From Desulfatiglandales bacterium (GTDB lineage Bacteria > Desulfobacterota > DSM-4660 > Desulfatiglandales > HGW-15): a stretch of DNA of 64,000 bases. The position numbers and the translations under genes are program-made. The stretch spans positions 2,240,001 through 2,304,000 of the forward strand of contig CAXXJJ010000001.1 in NCBI GenBank assembly GCA_963667015.2, given 5' to 3'. The notes below the pieces were generated by a model. That model was given only the letters and a program-made list of their open reading frames with translations, was not told the DNA's origin and did no database searches. Below, piece by piece: positions 60,417-64,000 of this stretch. Position 1 is the first letter of the stretch, and every line of letters begins with the position of its first letter.

Positions 60417-61025
60417 TTATAAATTAGGTGCAAAACTGTTAATAGCAAAAAATGCGCGTTTTAAACTTTGTGAATTTTTCAATGCCTGCCTTACGTTCCA
60501 CTTGGATTGAATAAAACTAATTAAAGTGTCATTGTAATCTGGTCCAATGGTGGCAGTACTATGCCGGTTTGGAACGATTGCCTCTTTTACAATCCTCTTT
60601 TTTGACTTGGCTGCAAGATTAATTAAGAAACGTTTGGGATCATCTATAGCATCAGTATTAAGCGGTACCAACTCCTTTGCAATTCCAAGAAAAGAAGAGA
60701 ATGCTGATCTGTGGGCCATAACCCATGATTCCACTTCCCTGACAGCGATTCGGAAAAGCAGATTATTGCTCTTCTGAAAATTGAGCCATGAATTTATTAG
60801 GGCAGGGGCACATTCCGTTCGGTCAAGATCAGTAAGAATGATAAACGGAATTCCTTTTGATGACATATTAAAGTTCGAGATGTTTTTCTTTAAATATCCA
60901 AATCCCTTTCGGCCAAGACAATTACTAATAGAAAAGGTCCGATCTGATTGATGGAGGATGGTTCTTAAAACTGCCTCACTCAAAAAATCTTCCACTGCAA
61001 TGATGACTTGAATGGGTTTATCCAT
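60417..61025 (-). CDS. DUF4276-like TOPRIM-fold protein
   Basis: AVED..SE, LTDLD, AVREVESW, DPK, SQSL.R. Confidence 0.75.
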   Translation of the reverse strand: MDKPIQVIIAVEDFLSEAVLRTILHQSDRTFSISNCLGRKGFGYLKKNISNFNMSSKGIPFIILTDLDRTECAPALINSWLNFQKSNNLLFRIAVREVESWVMAHRSAFSSFLGIAKELVPLNTDAIDDPKRFLINLAAKSKKRIVKEAIVPNRHSTATIGPDYNDTLISFIQSKWNVRQALKNSQSLKRAFFAINSFAPNL

Positions 61026-62172
61026 TAAATAAACTCAACTGACCTATTTTCATGGGTTCTGTTTTTGGAGTAACTGCTTCCGCTACACTGATACCGCTAT
61101 CAAGCAAAACTTTGATGTCGTTTATTGATGATGCCAGGGCCATATTCGTACCCTCAACATCGGGAGTAAGTAATAATACCTCTTCCCCTCCAATACCCTG
61201 GTCAGAAAGAAGATCAAAGCTATGGGTGCTGATGATAGTCTGCCTTTTTTTCTTTGTTTGAATGCGCCAAATCAGACCAGGAATTTTTCTTACTATTGCA
61301 GGATGAAGGGATAACTCAGGTTCTTCCAAAAGCAACAGGGAGTCTCCCTCAAGTACTGACCATAAAAACCCTATAAGCCTCAAGGTGCCGTCTGAGAATT
61401 GGTCTTCCCCTTGTTTTCCGGCTTTTGGGCGCCAATGTTCATAAGACGCTCCTAAATGTAGATGACCCCTTGTATCGAAAATAAAATCAAGGCTGTTTAG
61501 TTGGGGAACAAACTTTTGCAAGGCTTTTTCAATTTTTTTAAGTCTCGTTGTCCTTGTCCTTGCGGGTAATTGAGCAACTCTTTCTAAAAAATTGCTACCA
61601 AAGGGATCATCTTTTCCTGTTGGACCTGCAAAATATTCAGGGTTTCTCATGATCTGTGGAACCAGGTGCAGATAATAAATATTTTCAAAAAAACTCGCTA
61701 TTTCTCTAAAAGCAGAATTTGCATTAATCTGTTCAAGGTGAGTCTGGTTTAATCGGAGTTCATCCTTTTTATCATCATTGTCCGGACGATTGAGGATTAA
61801 TTCATTACCTTTCCAGACTTTTTCAGAAAGAATATAAGCTTGACGATTTCCTTTAGTTTCTTGCATAATTGATATCGCATATCTCCATTGTGGGTCCTGA
61901 TCCTGGGATTCGCTCAGAGCCACCTCAATCTCTATTTGAGGTTCCTTTCGTGCAGCAAGACATCTTATTTTGGATATCCCACCCCGCTCATTTACTGCTT
62001 TTTGGAGACCTCCGCCTTCAGATTTAGCGATATCTCTCAGGAATCTTAATGCATCCAAAAAGTTAGATTTGCCTGATGCATTAGGACCAACAAGAAATAC
62101 TCTTCTTCCCATCGAGACATCTACAAATCGAAAGTTTCTCCAGTTTTTTAATTTAATATGGGAGATTATCAT
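61018..62172 (-). CDS. ABC/AAA-type ATPase paired with DUF4276-like gene
   Basis: LKNWRNF, GPNASGKSN, SDGTLR, LEEPELSLHP, STHS; 8-bp overlap with partner. Confidence 0.88.
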   Translation of the reverse strand: MIISHIKLKNWRNFRFVDVSMGRRVFLVGPNASGKSNFLDALRFLRDIAKSEGGGLQKAVNERGGISKIRCLAARKEPQIEIEVALSESQDQDPQWRYAISIMQETKGNRQAYILSEKVWKGNELILNRPDNDDKKDELRLNQTHLEQINANSAFREIASFFENIYYLHLVPQIMRNPEYFAGPTGKDDPFGSNFLERVAQLPARTRTTRLKKIEKALQKFVPQLNSLDFIFDTRGHLHLGASYEHWRPKAGKQGEDQFSDGTLRLIGFLWSVLEGDSLLLLEEPELSLHPAIVRKIPGLIWRIQTKKKRQTIISTHSFDLLSDQGIGGEEVLLLTPDVEGTNMALASSINDIKVLLDSGISVAEAVTPKTEPMKIGQLSLFNG

Positions 62173-62365
62173 TATATTACCTCTTCGATATTGAAAAGAT
62201 CTTACCTTGAAAATCTTTTTATCGCAAAATTGGACGGATTAGCTACTGTATATTAAAAAAATATAGTTATTTAAGCAGTTAAGGCTTATTCATATGTTTT
62301 TTAATGTTAAATTGCAATATTCATATATGAAATACATAAAAAGAAAGTTTAATAATAAAAGAGAC

Positions 62366-62400
62366 TAGGACATTTTATGTCATACCTGCTGTGATATTCT
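62366..62400 (+). promoter_or_regulatory. Candidate WYL-regulator site plus extended -10
   Basis: TAGGACA-TTTTA-TGTCATA followed by TGaTATTCT. Confidence 0.55.
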
Positions 62401-62461
62401 TTTCCTGTTTCTATCTTAAGCGGTTTATCGTTATTTAAAATTCTCCTAAAGGAGGAAAAAT

Positions 62462-63424
62462 GTGGCCAGAAAAATTCTCGAAAATATAAACATGGGTATG
62501 ACATGGACCACCTATACAGGAAGTGTTTATGGAATTTTAAAAGGGGCAGGGATGTGGGATGACAGTGTTGAACTGCTCATGGGGATGACCGGAGTGGCTT
62601 TTCATTTTATTGTGCATAAACGGACATGTCCAAGTTCTGTAACTGTTTATGACTGGATGTCAGAGCATTTTGCCATGATGGACCGGATTGGAATATACAG
62701 CGAATCTACTCATATTGAAAATTCAGGCAGCCTTAATACCTTTGATAAGGCAAGGGCAAAGGCTGTAGAGCGTATAAAGGAATCCATCGATAACGATAAG
62801 GGTGTTGTCGTATGGGCTCCTACCCCGATACTGGAGTTCGGGATCATTAACGGATACGATGATGAGGATGAGGTATTCTTTGTTGTTGACTGTATGAAGA
62901 ATAATCCCGATCCACTGCTCTATTCAAATCTTGGAAAATCAGAGGTGCCGGTGCTTTTCATTCAGAGATTTTATGACAAAGTCAATGTTGAGCCAGAAAA
63001 GATATTCAGGGATTCGCTTCACTTCGGGGTCTATCAATGGGAAAAAGAATCAAACATCCCAATGTATGCCTCCGGCAGGAAAGGGTACATTAATCTTATT
63101 AATGCCCTTGAAAAGAAAGAATTTATTCCCTTTGGTCTGGTATATCTGCTTGCGGTATATGCAGATTCAAAAAGGATTATAGATACCTATCTGAAATATA
63201 TCATCGAACGATCAGGTTACCTTAAGGGGCTGGATGAGGCATCGGATATCTACTCAGCCATAAAAGATAAATATAATAGGCTGACTGAGCTTGCACCCTT
63301 TAGAGGACCCGGCCAGGGTGAGCTGAATGACAAAAATATCAAACCTGCCCTAAAACTGGTAAAGGAATGTTTTGATCTGGAAGAGAAGGCCATGGGCGTT
63401 ATTAAAGCAAGCCTTGATGGTTGA
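62462..63424 (+). CDS. Hypothetical protein, BtrH_N/papain-like N-terminal region
   Basis: LMGMTG.AF.F, I.ESID...GVV.W....EFGIINGYDD; GTG start with AGGAGG. Confidence 0.6.
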   Translation: MARKILENINMGMTWTTYTGSVYGILKGAGMWDDSVELLMGMTGVAFHFIVHKRTCPSSVTVYDWMSEHFAMMDRIGIYSESTHIENSGSLNTFDKARAKAVERIKESIDNDKGVVVWAPTPILEFGIINGYDDEDEVFFVVDCMKNNPDPLLYSNLGKSEVPVLFIQRFYDKVNVEPEKIFRDSLHFGVYQWEKESNIPMYASGRKGYINLINALEKKEFIPFGLVYLLAVYADSKRIIDTYLKYIIERSGYLKGLDEASDIYSAIKDKYNRLTELAPFRGPGQGELNDKNIKPALKLVKECFDLEEKAMGVIKASLDG

Positions 63425-63786
63425 CCTGTTATTTCAAAAGGATTCCCGAAAACAGGAAGTGTCAGAATGTTATTTTTGTTTTATTTCCTGATACCCCGTT
63501 GTATGCGACGGGGTAGTTTATCAGGTTATTCTTCAAATTTGAGCCTGGAACCACACGATTGTTTCTGTTATTCTATTACTGAATGAAATAATGAACCGGT
63601 GAATATCCGCTTCGCTTCTCTCTTGGAAATTACTGAATTGCTAATCACTCCAGCCGATAATAAAGTATTAATCTATACAGACCTTCAACCAGATTGATTT
63701 TTGAGGGATTAGCCTCAAGCTTCAGGAGCAAAAAAAAGAAAGCCAATGCAGTAATATATTTAACCTTTAGTATGAGGAGAATCACT

Positions 63787-64000
63787 ATGCCTGAAGATGA
63801 AAAAAATATATTTGCAACCGGTACCGCTCCGTCAAAGGACTGGTTTCTACAACTGTTAGTGAATCTGGCCAACAAGAACAGGTTTGAGCTGGATGTCACA
63901 CTTACTGTAGGCGGTACGCTGATTTCGGGTACCCTTGCCGGCGTCAGGCAATATTTTAATGACCTGGGGGCATATTTTGCCAGTCCCTTTGTGTCGGCCA
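63787..64000 (+). CDS. GvpU-like protein, runs off window (absent from ORF track)
   Basis: Manual translation MPEDEK...DWFLQLLVNLAN.....VTLTVGGTLISGTL.....YF; RBS GAGGAG. Confidence 0.7.
   Translation, partial: MPEDEKNIFATGTAPSKDWFLQLLVNLANKNRFELDVTLTVGGTLISGTLAGVRQYFNDLGAYFASPFVSA

Noticed and set aside
1..64000. tRNA and rRNA genes
   Set aside because: None recognised by eye; a covariance-model scan would be needed to exclude them

Overview
Bacterial chromosomal window whose gene content (HdrA-MvhDGA, TusA-like carrier, hybrid PAS kinases, LUD-domain protein) suggests an anaerobic Desulfobacterota-like organism (inference). About 1-19.6 kb is an accessory, heavily rearranged region: vapBC, a tyrosine-recombinase plus IS91-type element, an IS21 nested in a MITE, a RAYT-type element with terminal inverted repeats, segmental duplications, and an AT-rich island (eukaryote-type UGPase, Gfo/Idh/MocA oxidoreductase, radical SAM enzyme, NDT-like/Nudix-like fusion). 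About 19.7-40 kb carries uncharacterised catabolic-looking clusters rich in SnoaL/NTF2 proteins, including a duplicated MoaF-like plus Tat-SnoaL module around a GH10 xylanase. About 40-64 kb holds energy, sulfur and regulatory genes and a WYL / AAA-ATPase / DUF4276 locus. Best candidate for an undescribed system: the recombinase plus IS91-type element (2762-5094) is built like an integron gene cassette. It starts with GTTRRRY, ends in an attC-like imperfect hairpin, and sits at a GTT inside a radical SAM gene; a second remnant at 30.7-30.9 kb ends at the same terminus. No rRNA, tRNA or CRISPR array was recognised. All family assignments are from motif recognition by eye, not database searches.
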